Shown one piece after another: positions 19,128 to 29,845 of a stretch of DNA of 40,000 nucleotides. The stretch comes from a cyanobacterium endosymbiont of Rhopalodia gibba (GTDB lineage: Bacteria > Cyanobacteriota > Cyanobacteriia > Cyanobacteriales > Microcystaceae), in NCBI GenBank assembly GCA_045159875.1, contig CP067995.1, positions 582,970-622,969 on the forward strand, read 5' to 3'. Within the stretch, counting starts at the first letter, position 1. Every line of letters starts with the position of its first letter. The position numbers were made by a program, and so were the translations under genes. The notes under the pieces are model-generated. The model saw only the letters and a program-made list of their open reading frames with translations. It searched no databases and was not told where the DNA came from.

Positions 19128-20663
19128 TTAACGAACTAAATCGAAAGAAATATCCGTCACAGAAGGAGTATCAGTCTTACGATCTAACGCTTCAAGAACC
19201 CCATTAGCAATCCAGTTGAGTAGGTTGATAGCACCTTCATACCCAATGGTGGAATAGCGATGTAAATGGTGGCGATCAAAGATAGGATATCCGATACGGA
19301 TTAAAGGAGTCTTTGTATCACGCTCAAGATACTTAGCGTAGGAATTACCAATTAAGAAATCAACAGGTTCAGTGAACAGTAAAGAACGAAGATGCCACAA
19401 GTCCTTACCACCCCAAACGGTAGCCTGTTGTCCGAAGGGACTAGATGCTAGAAGAGCTTTAGCTGCAATTTCAAATTCCTTGGTACTATTATGAACCAAG
19501 ACATGAACAGGCTCGATACCCATTTCTAACATGAACTGTAATAAGCCCATCACTAAATCAGGATCTCCGTAAACTGCAGCACGCTTACCGTGTACCCAAG
19601 ATTGGGTATCGGTCATTGCGTCAACCGCACGTCCACGAGCGATTTCAAGTTCTTTGGGGATAGGATTTCCGGTAAGTTCGGATAAGCCCATCAAGAACTT
19701 ATCAGTACCTTTAATACCCCAAGGAAGATAGGTAAAGCACTTTTGCTTCCACTCTTTCTCAATATATTCAAGAGTCTTAGGAGTGGTATAGGTTTGAAGA
19801 GCAATAGTTGCTTCAGCGTTAATGGCGTCAGCAGCGACCTCTAAAGGTGTTCCTTCTTGATACATCTTGAACTCCCCTAAGTTGGGAGAATCAAGATACA
19901 TTTCTGTGTCACCTAGGATAGCAGCATTAACTCCCATGGCAGCCGTCAAGCTTTTAAGTTGACGAAGGTTCCCCATATAGGTCTCAAACCCAGGGATGAA
20001 GTTGATGGTTCCGTTGGTAGTTCCTTTTTTCTTACCTGCAGTTAAGGTGGAGAGGATAGATTTCATCATGCTGTCATAACCGGTGATGTGGGAACCCACA
20101 AAACTGGGAGTATGAGCGTAAGGCACGGGAAAATCTGCAGGGATGGAACCATCCTGACGAGCAGTTTCTACGAATGCACCCAAGTCATCCCCAATTACTT
20201 CTGCCATACAAGTAGTACAGACAGCAATCATTTTGGGCTTATAAAGGGTGTAAGCGTTCAGCAAACCTTCAATCATGTTTTTTAATCCACCGAAAACAGC
20301 AGCGTTTTCAGTCATGGAAGAAGAAACAGCACTAACAGGCTCCTTGAAGTGACGGGTTAAGTGGGTACGGAAGTAAGCCACACACCCCTGAGAACCATGA
20401 ACGAAAGGAAGAGTTCCTTCAAAACCGACGGCGGCTAATAAAGCACCAAGAGGTTGGCAAGCTTTAGCGGGGTTGATGGTTAGAGCTTCACGAGCAAAGT
20501 TCTTCTCGCGGTATTCCCAGGTTTTTGTCCACTCAGCAATTTCTTGAACCTTCTCAGCAGAAGGCATTCCTTCAAACTGTTTCTTATTTTCAAACAGTTC
20601 TTGATACTCAGGCTGGTGGAATAGATCAACGTGATCCTTAATGTTATCTACATTCTGAGCCAT
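19128..20663 (-). CDS. nifK: Nitrogenase MoFe protein beta chain
   Basis: It has CQPLGA, GSQGCVAYFR and TTCMAEVIGDD. The track start at 20759 adds 32 non-conserved residues, whereas the ATG at 20663 gives MAQNVDNIKDHVDLFHQPEYQELF, typical of cyanobacterial NifK. Confidence 0.9.
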   Translation of the reverse strand: MAQNVDNIKDHVDLFHQPEYQELFENKKQFEGMPSAEKVQEIAEWTKTWEYREKNFAREALTINPAKACQPLGALLAAVGFEGTLPFVHGSQGCVAYFRTHLTRHFKEPVSAVSSSMTENAAVFGGLKNMIEGLLNAYTLYKPKMIAVCTTCMAEVIGDDLGAFVETARQDGSIPADFPVPYAHTPSFVGSHITGYDSMMKSILSTLTAGKKKGTTNGTINFIPGFETYMGNLRQLKSLTAAMGVNAAILGDTEMYLDSPNLGEFKMYQEGTPLEVAADAINAEATIALQTYTTPKTLEYIEKEWKQKCFTYLPWGIKGTDKFLMGLSELTGNPIPKELEIARGRAVDAMTDTQSWVHGKRAAVYGDPDLVMGLLQFMLEMGIEPVHVLVHNSTKEFEIAAKALLASSPFGQQATVWGGKDLWHLRSLLFTEPVDFLIGNSYAKYLERDTKTPLIRIGYPIFDRHHLHRYSTIGYEGAINLLNWIANGVLEALDRKTDTPSVTDISFDLVR

Positions 20664-20813
20664 TTTGTTTGGTAACTCCTGTATGGATAGGGTTGAATAT
20701 CGATCAATTGGCACGTTTCCAAAGAGAGGGGGGCGTTGGGAAGGTATGGAATAAAACATTCTATTCTTACTCTCTTTTGTTTTCCTTAGTCCCCCGTGTC
20801 TTTTTTTATCCCT

Positions 20814-22250
20814 CTATTTATTCCAAGGGGTGCCAACTAATCCCCAAGTGGGACTGTTAAGGGCTAAGTCCATGTCACGGGCGAAGATAGCGAAGCCATC
20901 ATAACCGTGGTAAGGTCCTGAATAATCCCAAGAGTGCATTTGACGGAAGGGAAGAGCCATCTTTTGGAAGACATACTTCTCTTTAACCCCAGAGGCCACT
21001 AAATCAGGCTTAAGTTTTTTGACGAATTCTTCGAATTCATAGGCGGTCGCATCATCGTAGATGAGGGTCGCATCATCAACATACTTAGTTGTACGTTTGT
21101 AGTCATCACCGTGGGCGAACTCATACCCAGTTCCGATCATCTTCATCCCTAAGTCTTGGAAAGCGGGAACAACGTGACGAGGACGTAGTCCACCAACCAT
21201 CATCATGACAGTTTTACCTTCTAAACGAGGACGGTATTTTGCCAGAACGTCATCACACTGTTTTTGGTACTTTTTGATAACTTCTTCAGCTTTCGCCTGA
21301 ATATTCTCATCAAAACGTTCAGCAATGGTGCGTAAAGACTCAGCAATCTTTGTAGGTCCAAAGAAGTTATATTCCAACCAAGGAATACCGTATTTTTCTT
21401 CCATGTGACGACTAATGTAGTTCATGGAACGGTAGCAGTGGATAAGATTTAACTTAACCTTGGGGGTGACTTTCATTTCAGTGAAAGTACCATCACCAGA
21501 CCACTGAGCTACAACGCGGAGTCCGATTTCTTCAAGAAGAATACGGCTAGACCAAGCATCTCCACCAATGTTGTAGTCACCAATGATGGCAACGTCATAA
21601 GGAGTGCTTTCAAATTCTGCGTTTTCTTTGTCCGCAGCGGGGAAAACCCAGTCACGGATCATGTCGTTAGCGATGTGGTGTCCTAAGGATTGAGAAACCC
21701 CACGGAACCCTTCACAACGAACGGGAACAACGGATTTTCCGATTTCTTTACTCTTAGTACGAGCGACAGATTCAATGTCATCTCCGATTAATCCAACGGG
21801 ACATTCTGACTGAATAGAAATACCACCATTGAGGGGAAATAACTCTTCTATTTCATCAACGATTTTGCCGAGCTTTTTGTCTCCACCAAAAACGATATCC
21901 CGTTCTTGGAAATCAGAGGTAAAGTTCATCGTGCCGAAGGTATCAATTCCGGTAGTTCCGATGTAGTAGTTACGACGACCAGACCAGGAATAGTAACCAC
22001 AACCAACGGGACCGTGGGAGATGTGGATCATATCCTTGATAGGACCCCAAACCACCCCTTTTGATCCAGCGTAAGCACAACCACGAGTGGTCATTACACC
22101 GGGTAGGGATTGTTTGTTGGACTTTACTCCACAATCGTCTTTACCTTCTTCGTAAACGTTGAGGTGTTTCTCACGTTTTTTGGCGGTTTTCTCAGGATAT
22201 GTCGCTAAGACATCTTTAATGAGCTTCTTATTCTCTTCTACTGTTGCCAT
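20814..22250 (-). CDS. nifD: Nitrogenase MoFe protein alpha chain
   Basis: 478 aa with [27 protein letters not shown] and HCYRSMNY. Confidence 0.95.
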   Translation of the reverse strand: MATVEENKKLIKDVLATYPEKTAKKREKHLNVYEEGKDDCGVKSNKQSLPGVMTTRGCAYAGSKGVVWGPIKDMIHISHGPVGCGYYSWSGRRNYYIGTTGIDTFGTMNFTSDFQERDIVFGGDKKLGKIVDEIEELFPLNGGISIQSECPVGLIGDDIESVARTKSKEIGKSVVPVRCEGFRGVSQSLGHHIANDMIRDWVFPAADKENAEFESTPYDVAIIGDYNIGGDAWSSRILLEEIGLRVVAQWSGDGTFTEMKVTPKVKLNLIHCYRSMNYISRHMEEKYGIPWLEYNFFGPTKIAESLRTIAERFDENIQAKAEEVIKKYQKQCDDVLAKYRPRLEGKTVMMMVGGLRPRHVVPAFQDLGMKMIGTGYEFAHGDDYKRTTKYVDDATLIYDDATAYEFEEFVKKLKPDLVASGVKEKYVFQKMALPFRQMHSWDYSGPYHGYDGFAIFARDMDLALNSPTWGLVGTPWNK

Positions 22251-22421
22251 GATGTTCCTCTTCTGTAGAGTCGTAGATTATTAGGAATCATCGAAAAAAG
22301 AGGGAAGGCAAAAGGATCAATTGTGAACTAATAGTTAATAGTTGTTTATTGTTTCCCTAATGACTATTTTCTATCCACTTTTGCCTTGGTGTTCCTCTAT
22401 TCCGACTAAGCGAGACTAAGC

Positions 22422-23330
<909 letters not shown>

Positions 23331-23621
23331 CTAGGGAAGTTTTAACCGTTTCTGACGTAAGAACGGCTCGCCAACTGAGCGTTAGCAGTGGGATGTCCCA
23401 TCGAACCTTCAATCTCTACGTCAGGTCTGGGATTTCTTCCACATAGAAGCTAACTCTTGGTTAAGAAAAGCTTCCCCCGAGAAGAGCAAAAGCTATAAAA
23501 CTTCACTCACGAGGTGGCGTTTTAGAGAGTTAAACCAAACCTAGTCATGGTTGTGTCATGAGCAAGTAGATAAACTATACTCGTTAACATCCTTGATAGT
23601 GGGCTATCTCTAAACGTCCGG

Positions 23622-23664
23622 CGAGAAGCGATGCCTATGGTGGAGATCGCTCTCGACCTTTTTT
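23622..23664 (+). terminator. Terminator-like hairpin plus T6 on the plus strand, inside the nifU-nifH spacer (equally, a stem-loop in the nifH leader RNA on the minus strand)
   Basis: cgagaagcgat / gcctatggtggag / atcgctctcg, followed by acctttttt. The stem is about 10 bp with one bulge. Confidence 0.35.
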
Positions 23665-23739
23665 AATTAATAACATGGGCTTTGGGTATTTGATACTAAA
23701 TAAGTGAATAATTGACAGTTTGTTCTATTTACCAAGTTG

Positions 23740-24087
23740 TTATACAAAAACGACGATTAATTCTGGAGAAATACGATCACGCAATCTGGACTCGATTACA
23801 TTTTTTATGGTGGCCGCACTGCTCATAAAAGAACTGCAGGCTCCTTTGAGGGTGACTTTATTAAATAAGTCTACATCTCCTCCATCTTGTGCTGGGGCTG
23901 GCTTAACTTCTTCTTTAAGAATCTTTTGAATAAAGGTAATTTTTTGCAGATTTATTAAAAATGTGGTAGCGGCAACTTTGGACTTGGATCTGGCAACGCC
24001 TGTTGCTGTTTCTACTGCTATGGTTTCTTCTTGCACAATTTCAGTTAGAATGCTATCTATATAGTCCCACATTGTCTTTTCCTGCAT
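23740..24087 (-). pseudogene. nifU: nifU remnant: the N-terminal MWDY tag is fused to a degenerate C-terminal Nfu domain, and the IscU-like and central [2Fe-2S] domains are missing
   Basis: 115 aa versus the roughly 290-300 aa I recall for cyanobacterial NifU. It keeps MWDYIDSIL and QKITFIQKILKEEVKP..DGGDVDLF..KVTLKGAC..IESRLRDRISPELIV. The GACGSC motif reads GACSSF here, so the second Cys is lost. Confidence 0.7.
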
Positions 24088-24146
24088 GAATCGTTGATAT
24101 TTGTTGCTACTAATGATGAGTTAATAGCCATTTTTCTAAATATTCA

Positions 24147-25349
24147 CTATTTAACCAAGGCTGTCTGTTTTCGTTCGATGAGCCAACCGACATCATCGTT
24201 AGTGGGCGCAGACAAGGCACGGAGGCGATCAATAATTCCCGGCAGTACTTCAAGCACCTTCTGGACTTGATCATGAGTGGTAAAACGAGACAAACTAAAG
24301 CGAATGGAGCCGTGAAGCAACGCATAGGGAAGTCCCATTGCTCGCAATACATGAGACGGTTCTAAAGATCCGGAGGTGCAAGCAGAACCAGAGGATGCAT
24401 AAATCCCATGTTGATTTAGGGATAAGAGAATAGCTTCTCCTTCGACGAATTTAAAGCCAATATTTGAGGTATTGGGAAGCCTTTGCACGGCATGACCATT
24501 AAGTACGGTATCAGAAATAGTTGTTAGTATAGTTTGTTCTAAATAATCTCGTAATCCCTTTTCCCTGGTTTCCATAATCAGATAAGACTCAGCTAACTCA
24601 GCTGCTTTTCCTAGGGCGACAATACCAGGGACGTTTTCAGTTCCTCCACGACGACCTCTTTCCTGGTGTCCACCAATCAGTAAAGGGCTAAATCTTGTAC
24701 CACGACGCACGTATAGAGCACCAATTCCTTTGGGAGCATGAATTTTATGACCAGAAAGGGTCAACATATCAATGGTGCTTTCCTTCATGTTGAGAGGTAT
24801 TTTTCCTACTGCCTGCACCGCATCAACGTGAAACATTGCTCCGTATTTTTTAGCCAGTTGCCCAACTTGTTCTATGGGAAAAATAACGCCGGTTTCATTG
24901 TTAGCATACATTAGAGTAACTAACGCTGTATTCTGGGTTAAAGATGCCTCAAACTCTGAAATATCTAACTGCCCTTGATCATTAACAGATAGGTAAGTGA
25001 CAGTATAGTTTTTACCTTCTAAATTCTTGCAGAGGTTAAGAACTGCAGGATGTTCGACTTTACTGGTGATGATATGACGTTTGTTGGGTTGAGCGAAAAG
25101 AGCAGCATGAATGGCGGTATTATCTCCTTCAGTTCCACAACTAGTAAAAACAATCTCAGAAGGTTCCGCACCTAACAAGGAAGCAACTTGTTCTCTACTA
25201 GTTTTAACCGCAAGCCCTACCTGCCCACCAAAGGTGTGCATACTAGAGGGGTTACCGTAATAGAGGGTTAGATAGGGCAGCATAGCTGCAAGAACTTCTT
25301 CGTGAACTTGTGTAGTAGCGTTATTGTCGAGATATACACAGTCTTTCAT
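24147..25349 (-). CDS. nifS: Cysteine desulfurase NifS
   Basis: 400 aa with the PLP lysine context LSGHKIHAPKG and the active-site loop SSGSACTSGS. Confidence 0.9.
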   Translation of the reverse strand: MKDCVYLDNNATTQVHEEVLAAMLPYLTLYYGNPSSMHTFGGQVGLAVKTSREQVASLLGAEPSEIVFTSCGTEGDNTAIHAALFAQPNKRHIITSKVEHPAVLNLCKNLEGKNYTVTYLSVNDQGQLDISEFEASLTQNTALVTLMYANNETGVIFPIEQVGQLAKKYGAMFHVDAVQAVGKIPLNMKESTIDMLTLSGHKIHAPKGIGALYVRRGTRFSPLLIGGHQERGRRGGTENVPGIVALGKAAELAESYLIMETREKGLRDYLEQTILTTISDTVLNGHAVQRLPNTSNIGFKFVEGEAILLSLNQHGIYASSGSACTSGSLEPSHVLRAMGLPYALLHGSIRFSLSRFTTHDQVQKVLEVLPGIIDRLRALSAPTNDDVGWLIERKQTALVK

Positions 25350-25614
25350 CGCAGGGTACCCATAAATAAATTCCGTGATAGAGCAACTAACAGTTAAGTC
25401 AAAGGCAGGAGACAGACGTTAAAATCTCAATCAAATCCTGATCGCGCTTTGGAATAAGAAGAAAGCTAATTTTTGTGAATAGACGTTTAACCAGTGTTTC
25501 CAATAGGGCTGACCTTGGTTTGGTTTTGAGGCATCTTAATGAAGTTTGGTAACGACTGAACTAGTTCTCCTAATAATCAGCCGATGGCTGGACCGAAGCT
25601 AAAGGAGAGCAATG

Positions 25615-25642
25615 GTTACAAGTGGTAGGTTACAAGTGGTAG
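25615..25642. repeat. Perfect tandem duplication of a 14-nt unit (gttacaagtggtag x2)
   Basis: Read directly. It lies at the 3-prime end of the fdxN-like fragment 25616-25744, and 14 nt is not a multiple of three. Confidence 0.85.
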
Positions 25643-25744
25643 CGTCAATGAGCAAGACATCTTTATTATAGCATTAGTGGGACATCTAACACTACAGCGA
25701 TGATAGACAATACATTCAGATGTTGATGTTATGGCGTAACTCAT
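25616..25744 (-). pseudogene. fdxN-like fragment (N-terminal cluster motif, one Cys substituted, truncated)
   Basis: Hand translation gives MSYAITSTSECIVYHRCSVRCPTNAIIKMSCSLTLPLVTYHL*. It resembles the FdxN N-terminus as I recall it (MAYTITSQCISCKLCSSVCPTGAIK), but CxxCxxCxxxCP reads CxxYxxCxxxCP and the ORF stops after 42 codons. Confidence 0.45.
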
Positions 25745-25769
25745 GACACTACCCTTGTTCAATTCAGGT

Positions 25770-25961
25770 TTACTGGCTGCTGCCTAAATTGGGTAAACAG
25801 CTATAATCTTGGGAAAATCCCGCACAGGGGGGAATACTGTGGTCATCGACGCAACTATAACAGGTATTTTGAGCGTCATTGTCGGGCTGATGACCTATAG
25901 AAATAGAAGTTGCTGGGAAAACGGTAGAAGCTTTCACAGGAGTGATAATAATAGAATTCAT
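25770..25961 (-). pseudogene. fdxN: Degenerate fdxN directly downstream of nifB
   Basis: 63 aa. VFPATSISI stands in place of VCPTGAIKI, and CYSCVDDHSIPPCAGFS in place of CTNCVDTVYTVPQCKAGCP. All four first-cluster cysteines and the terminal CP of the second motif are substituted. Confidence 0.55.
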
Positions 25962-25964
25962 TAT

Positions 25965-27416
25965 CTATGATACTCCCATTGATTTGTTAGACTTTGTAAA
26001 CTGCTCGTAGAAATCTAGGGCTACTTTGTCAATAACATCGTAAGCCTCAAAGGGTTCTAACCCAGCCTTACGCAACTCCTCTTGGGGGCAAAGACCAATT
26101 TTAGAAGCAAGCACTCCTTTGCAATCAGCAATAGCTTTGATGATATGCTCAAGAGTCGCTTTCTCGCCATACCCAGTTTGACAATAATGGTCGACTTTGC
26201 GATGAGCTACAAATTTAACATCTGCACCATCAACCTCAAATATTTGAAATTCCTTAGCGTGACCAAAGTGTTGGTTTACTAAGCGATTCCCTTTAGTTGC
26301 TACTGCTACAAGTATTTTAGGACCTTTTTTGAGTGTTTTAGCAGCTTTTGCGGCTTTCACCTCAGCGGTAAATTTTTCAATACCTTCGTGGACTTTCTGG
26401 CGGGTAGCTAAATCATATTCAGGCGTCATCTCGAGGAACTTGTCTTTGGTGAATTCCTGAGAACGGTCTTCTCCTAAGAGTCCTACTGCGTCTGCTCGAC
26501 ATTGACGACAGTGACGCATCATTTTCATGTTACCAGAACAACTGTCTTGAACTGCTTTAAGTTCTTTGGGGCTAGGACCGCGTTGTCCGGTTAATCCAAA
26601 GTGGGTTCCATGCTCAGGCGCACTGATCAAAGGCATGATGTTATGAAGAAATGCACCTTTAGCACGAATAACTTCATTAACTTCTGCCAGGTGTTGGTCG
26701 TTAACTCCAGGAATCATAACCGAGTTAACCTTGCAAAGGATGTCTGCCTCCCTAAGGGCATCTAGGGACTCCATTTGCTTCTCTAAGAGAATTCTGACGC
26801 CTTCAATTCCCTTATAACGTTTGCGATTATAACGTACCCAAGGATAGATTTTCTCCCCAATCTTAGGGTCAACCATATTAATAGTTAGGGTAACATGGTC
26901 GATTTTCAGTTCTTTGATTTTATCAATGTACTCTGTTAACATCAAGCCGTTGCTTGACAGACATAATTTAATGTCGGGAGCTTGCTCAGCTACTAATTCA
27001 AAGGTACGGAAAGTATGCTTAGGATTCGCCAAGGGATCACCGGGACCCGCAATACCCAACACGGTCATTTGAGGAATCTTTCCGGCAATAACTAGAGCCT
27101 TGTGGGCAGCCTCTTCGGGGGTTAGAACTTCACTAACTACTCCTGGACGGCTTTCGTTGGCACAATCGTACTTGCGGTTACAATAGTTACATTGAATGTT
27201 ACAAGCAGGGGCAACTGCTACGTGCAATCTAGCATAGTGATGGTGTGCGTCCTCACTATAACAAGGATGTTTAGCAATCCGTTCCTGAATATTTTCAGGA
27301 ATAACTCGAGAGGCAGAGGAATCGCAGCCACATGGTCCTGAAGCTTTTATTGTAGATGGAGTTGCTGTCTTGGCTGCTGATGAGTCAGAGTTAGTTAAAC
27401 TGGTTGATTGTAACAT
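25965..27416 (-). CDS. nifB: FeMo-cofactor biosynthesis radical SAM protein NifB with a C-terminal NifX-like domain
   Basis: 483 aa with the radical SAM motif [14 protein letters not shown], the conserved [17 protein letters not shown], and a C-terminal [13 protein letters not shown] domain. Confidence 0.95.
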   Translation of the reverse strand: MLQSTSLTNSDSSAAKTATPSTIKASGPCGCDSSASRVIPENIQERIAKHPCYSEDAHHHYARLHVAVAPACNIQCNYCNRKYDCANESRPGVVSEVLTPEEAAHKALVIAGKIPQMTVLGIAGPGDPLANPKHTFRTFELVAEQAPDIKLCLSSNGLMLTEYIDKIKELKIDHVTLTINMVDPKIGEKIYPWVRYNRKRYKGIEGVRILLEKQMESLDALREADILCKVNSVMIPGVNDQHLAEVNEVIRAKGAFLHNIMPLISAPEHGTHFGLTGQRGPSPKELKAVQDSCSGNMKMMRHCRQCRADAVGLLGEDRSQEFTKDKFLEMTPEYDLATRQKVHEGIEKFTAEVKAAKAAKTLKKGPKILVAVATKGNRLVNQHFGHAKEFQIFEVDGADVKFVAHRKVDHYCQTGYGEKATLEHIIKAIADCKGVLASKIGLCPQEELRKAGLEPFEAYDVIDKVALDFYEQFTKSNKSMGVS

Positions 27417-27675
27417 TGAATTCCGTGGAGTAAGAGGTGGCTAAAAAATGACCTAAGAGCATCTGGTGATTCAGTCGCTTGCTGGAACTTATCACAATAA
27501 GAGTCAAAAACGATCAATTTCCGTCCTTGGCGTCTATGCAAGTTATATCACTTCCTCTGGCAGTTCTTGATGCAGACAGCTGAGTTGGGATTTATCAAAC
27601 TTGTTAGAAAGTACTCAAATGCTGGAATCTCTTTCCTAACGCCATGCTAACGCAATGTTATTTTTTTTAGGGGTC

Positions 27676-27697
27676 ATGGGGCTAGTATTTTTAGTAC
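27676..27697. repeat. Motif A copy 1: atggggctagtatttttagtac
   Basis: It is the inverted counterpart of 28254-28277 (a 2-nt indel and 1 mismatch). It contains GTA-N7-TAC. Confidence 0.7.
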
Positions 27698-27730
27698 GAG
27701 GTCTAAGTATTTTTTTTAGGGGATACGAGC

Positions 27731-27743
27731 ATTTATGCACTCA
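27731..27743 (-). repeat. Motif B copy (TGAGTGCATAAAT read on the minus strand)
   Basis: The plus strand reads atttatgcactca. The same 13-mer occurs at 28336-28348 and, with one R change, at 28208-28220. Confidence 0.7.
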
Positions 27744-28207
27744 AGAGATAACCCCTACTGGAGAAAGAGCTGGGACCATTCTGGGACAGTTAAGTTCTTC
27801 ATAATTTTGCACTCAACTACCTCTTACCGAAAACAAAAGACAGCAGACTCTCCGGCAAAAGTTGATACGGTTGATATATTTTTTCCGCTTTGCTGTTTTC
27901 TTTCTATGTTTAGGTCTTTTCCTGTTTTTTTCTTCACTCCTTACACTACAAAAAACCGGAGTAAGCGTTCCGAAGCTCCTCCAGTGCTGTCACGGAATCC
28001 AATTCTGTATCTAAAGTAACACTTTTTTTAAGATAAAGCTGACTTTAACTTACATCTACCCTAATCTTTGTACATCAAAATCCCTAAAGACCTTATTTCA
28101 TAAGGAATTTAACTGTTAACTAACAATCAATTCTTGAGTTCTTTAGATGATGTCTTTGAATTTTCTTTTTATGGGGTTTAAATCCTTACTCTGATTGATG
28201 TCTAAAT

Positions 28208-28220
28208 TGAGTACATAAAT
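28208..28220 (+). repeat. Motif B copy: TGAGTACATAAAT
   Basis: Read directly; it lies 128 nt upstream of the next copy. Confidence 0.7.
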
Positions 28221-28253
28221 ACTTTAACCAATACCTATAAATACATAGACACT

Positions 28254-28277
28254 GTACCAAAAATACTAGCACCCCAT
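28254..28277. repeat. Motif A copy 2 (inverted): gtaccaaaaatactagcaccccat
   Basis: Its reverse complement is atggggtgctagtatttttggtac, compared with atggggctagtatttttagtac at 27676-27697. Confidence 0.7.
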
Positions 28278-28335
28278 ACTCAAAAAAAGATTTGCTAACG
28301 ACGCAAATACTTGAAATATAAATCTGCTAAGATTT

Positions 28336-28348
28336 TGAGTGCATAAAT
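28336..28348 (+). repeat. Motif B copy: TGAGTGCATAAAT, about 100 nt upstream of the cysE ATG
   Basis: Read directly. Confidence 0.7.
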
Positions 28349-28449
28349 AACTAATGTTTATTAACTAGACCTGCCTCAATTGTCTTGGATGGTTCAGGGT
28401 AACTTGGTATAAGCATAACAACTAGGTCTATGTAGAATCACGGAATTCA

Positions 28450-29181
28450 ATGTTTGGATCCATACCGCTTAGAGACGGCCGTTCTGAAAGTCAAGATGAT
28501 CGCCTAAAAGTTTCAACTACGACTTTGTCGGCACCCTCCCACCCGACTAAGCTGCCGTTGAAGACTCTTTGGGAAGACTTTCAAATAATTTTTTCTCGTG
28601 ATCCAGCTGCTCGCAACTGGCTGGAAGTGTTATGTTGTTATCCAGGGTTGCACGCCCTAGTCTTGCATCGTATCTCTCATTGGCTGTGGCATTATGAAGT
28701 ACCTTTTGTGCCGCGCTTTCTTTCCCATTTAGGGAGATTTTTTACAGGTATTGAAATTCATCCAGGAGCGACCCTCGGACAAGGAGTCTTCATCGACCAC
28801 GGTATGGGGGTGGTTATAGGGGAGACTGCTATTGTTGGTGATTATTGTCTAATTTATCAAAACGTTACCCTCGGCGGTACTGGGAAAGAGCTTGGCAAAC
28901 GTCACCCTACCCTCGGCAACAATGTGGTGGTGGGGGCGGGAGCTAAAGTTTTAGGAAATATTGCCATTGGTGATCACGTTCGTATCGGAGCCGGTTCAAT
29001 TATTCTAAGAAATGTGCCTAGTGATTGCACTGTGGTCGGTGTGCCAGGTCGTATTATTTCCCGCAGTGGTCGTGGTTGTCCATTAGAACACGGCAAGTTA
29101 CCCGATGTAGAAGCCCAAGTTATTCGGACCTTGTTGGACCGAATTGAGCAATTGGAACAAAAGATACAAAACCTATCCTAA
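28450..29181 (+). CDS. cysE: Serine O-acetyltransferase (nif-cluster copy, called nifP in some cyanobacteria)
   Basis: 243 aa with the SAT N-domain [20 protein letters not shown] and hexapeptide repeats [28 protein letters not shown]. Confidence 0.9.
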   Translation: MFGSIPLRDGRSESQDDRLKVSTTTLSAPSHPTKLPLKTLWEDFQIIFSRDPAARNWLEVLCCYPGLHALVLHRISHWLWHYEVPFVPRFLSHLGRFFTGIEIHPGATLGQGVFIDHGMGVVIGETAIVGDYCLIYQNVTLGGTGKELGKRHPTLGNNVVVGAGAKVLGNIAIGDHVRIGAGSIILRNVPSDCTVVGVPGRIISRSGRGCPLEHGKLPDVEAQVIRTLLDRIEQLEQKIQNLS

Positions 29182-29196
29182 GCCTACTCTACCATT

Positions 29197-29475
29197 ATGA
29201 TCAGATCATCTCGTCCCGATGCGTTAATCAGCCAAGTTGCGAAAGTTTCTCGATGTGAACGCTGGTTACTCCACCGTCGCCTTGAAGAACTAATGATCCC
29301 TTCTTGGTGTCCCGATGATGGCTCTTTATGGGTGGAAATTCAACACGGCATTGATGCTATTCTTTTACGCAGCACTGTCTACCAAGCGAGTGCCTCTCGT
29401 CAAGAACTGGTGGATTGGCTCGGACGCTGCTGGGAAGCAGATGACACCCTTTCTACTCAATTCTACAATAGTTGA
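29197..29475 (+). CDS. Small conserved cyanobacterial nif-cluster protein (I recall the family name Asr1405/Asl0597)
   Basis: 92 aa. The CERWLLHRRLEELMIPSWCPDDGSLWVEI block matches my memory of that family. Confidence 0.6.
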   Translation: MIRSSRPDALISQVAKVSRCERWLLHRRLEELMIPSWCPDDGSLWVEIQHGIDAILLRSTVYQASASRQELVDWLGRCWEADDTLSTQFYNS

Positions 29476-29585
29476 GGATATTTTTCTCGAACTTGTCGCT
29501 TTTCCGGTTTGTTTTTTGCGCCCTTAACTCGTTGAGACCTAGCTCCGCTGGCTGATTGCGGAATAATTAGTTTTTTAGTGCTGTC

Positions 29586-29798
29586 ATGGAAGATCATCCA
29601 ATCTCTAACGAATTCACTCAATTTTTACAACAAGAACTATCTCTTTCATCCGATGACCTAGCGGTTGCTCTAAACAATCGCCGACAACCAGGAGATCCTA
29701 TTCCTATGTTGCTATGGCAATATGGATTAATTTCTAGAGGACAACTCCAGAGAATTTGGGATTGGCTTGATGCTCAGATTCAATTCCAGTTTCCTTGA
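29586..29798 (+). CDS. Small conserved cyanobacterial protein (DUF2949-like)
   Basis: 70 aa with FLQQELSLSSDDLAVAL...PIPMLLWQYGLISRGQLQRIWDWLD. Confidence 0.6.
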   Translation: MEDHPISNEFTQFLQQELSLSSDDLAVALNNRRQPGDPIPMLLWQYGLISRGQLQRIWDWLDAQIQFQFP

Positions 29799-29845
29799 CT
29801 ATCATTTTAGCAAGTTCTTACCTATAGTTGTCGAGACATTAAGCC

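Larger units (their letters stand above)
27417..28449. promoter_or_regulatory. 1.03-kb divergent nifB / cysE-nifV control region
   Basis: It lies between two divergent operon starts, has no credible ORF, and contains several repeated motifs (listed separately). Confidence 0.7.

Noticed and set aside
19007-19207. 66-aa plus-strand ORF across the G-rich tract
   Set aside because: Its product (..KGRGGERGSD..) simply translates the purine tract, and it overlaps the nifK 3-prime end antisense.
20664-20759. 32-codon N-terminal extension of nifK in the ORF track
   Set aside because: The extension is not NifK-like. The conserved N-terminus starts at the ATG at 20663, so the remainder is nifD-nifK spacer.
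20088-20860. Plus-strand ORFs 20088-20285 and 20669-20860
   Set aside because: They are antisense to nifK, the nifD-nifK spacer and the nifD end, with no motifs.
23720-24352. ORFs 23720-23929 (+) and 24110-24352 (-)
   Set aside because: The first is antisense to the nifU remnant. The second is an out-of-frame overlap of the nifS 3-prime end.
26082-26282. 66-aa plus-strand ORF
   Set aside because: It is an antisense shadow inside nifB.
27735-28019. 94-aa ORF in the nifB-cysE spacer
   Set aside because: It has no RBS or recognisable domain and lies in the divergent promoter region. The sequence there is better explained by regulatory repeats.
27685-28266. NtcA-like boxes (GTATTTTTAGTAC at 27685-27697, GTACCAAAAATAC at 28254-28266)
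   Set aside because: Their spacing is GTA-N7-TAC, not the canonical GTA-N8-TAC. They are reported only as part of motif A, not as NtcA sites.
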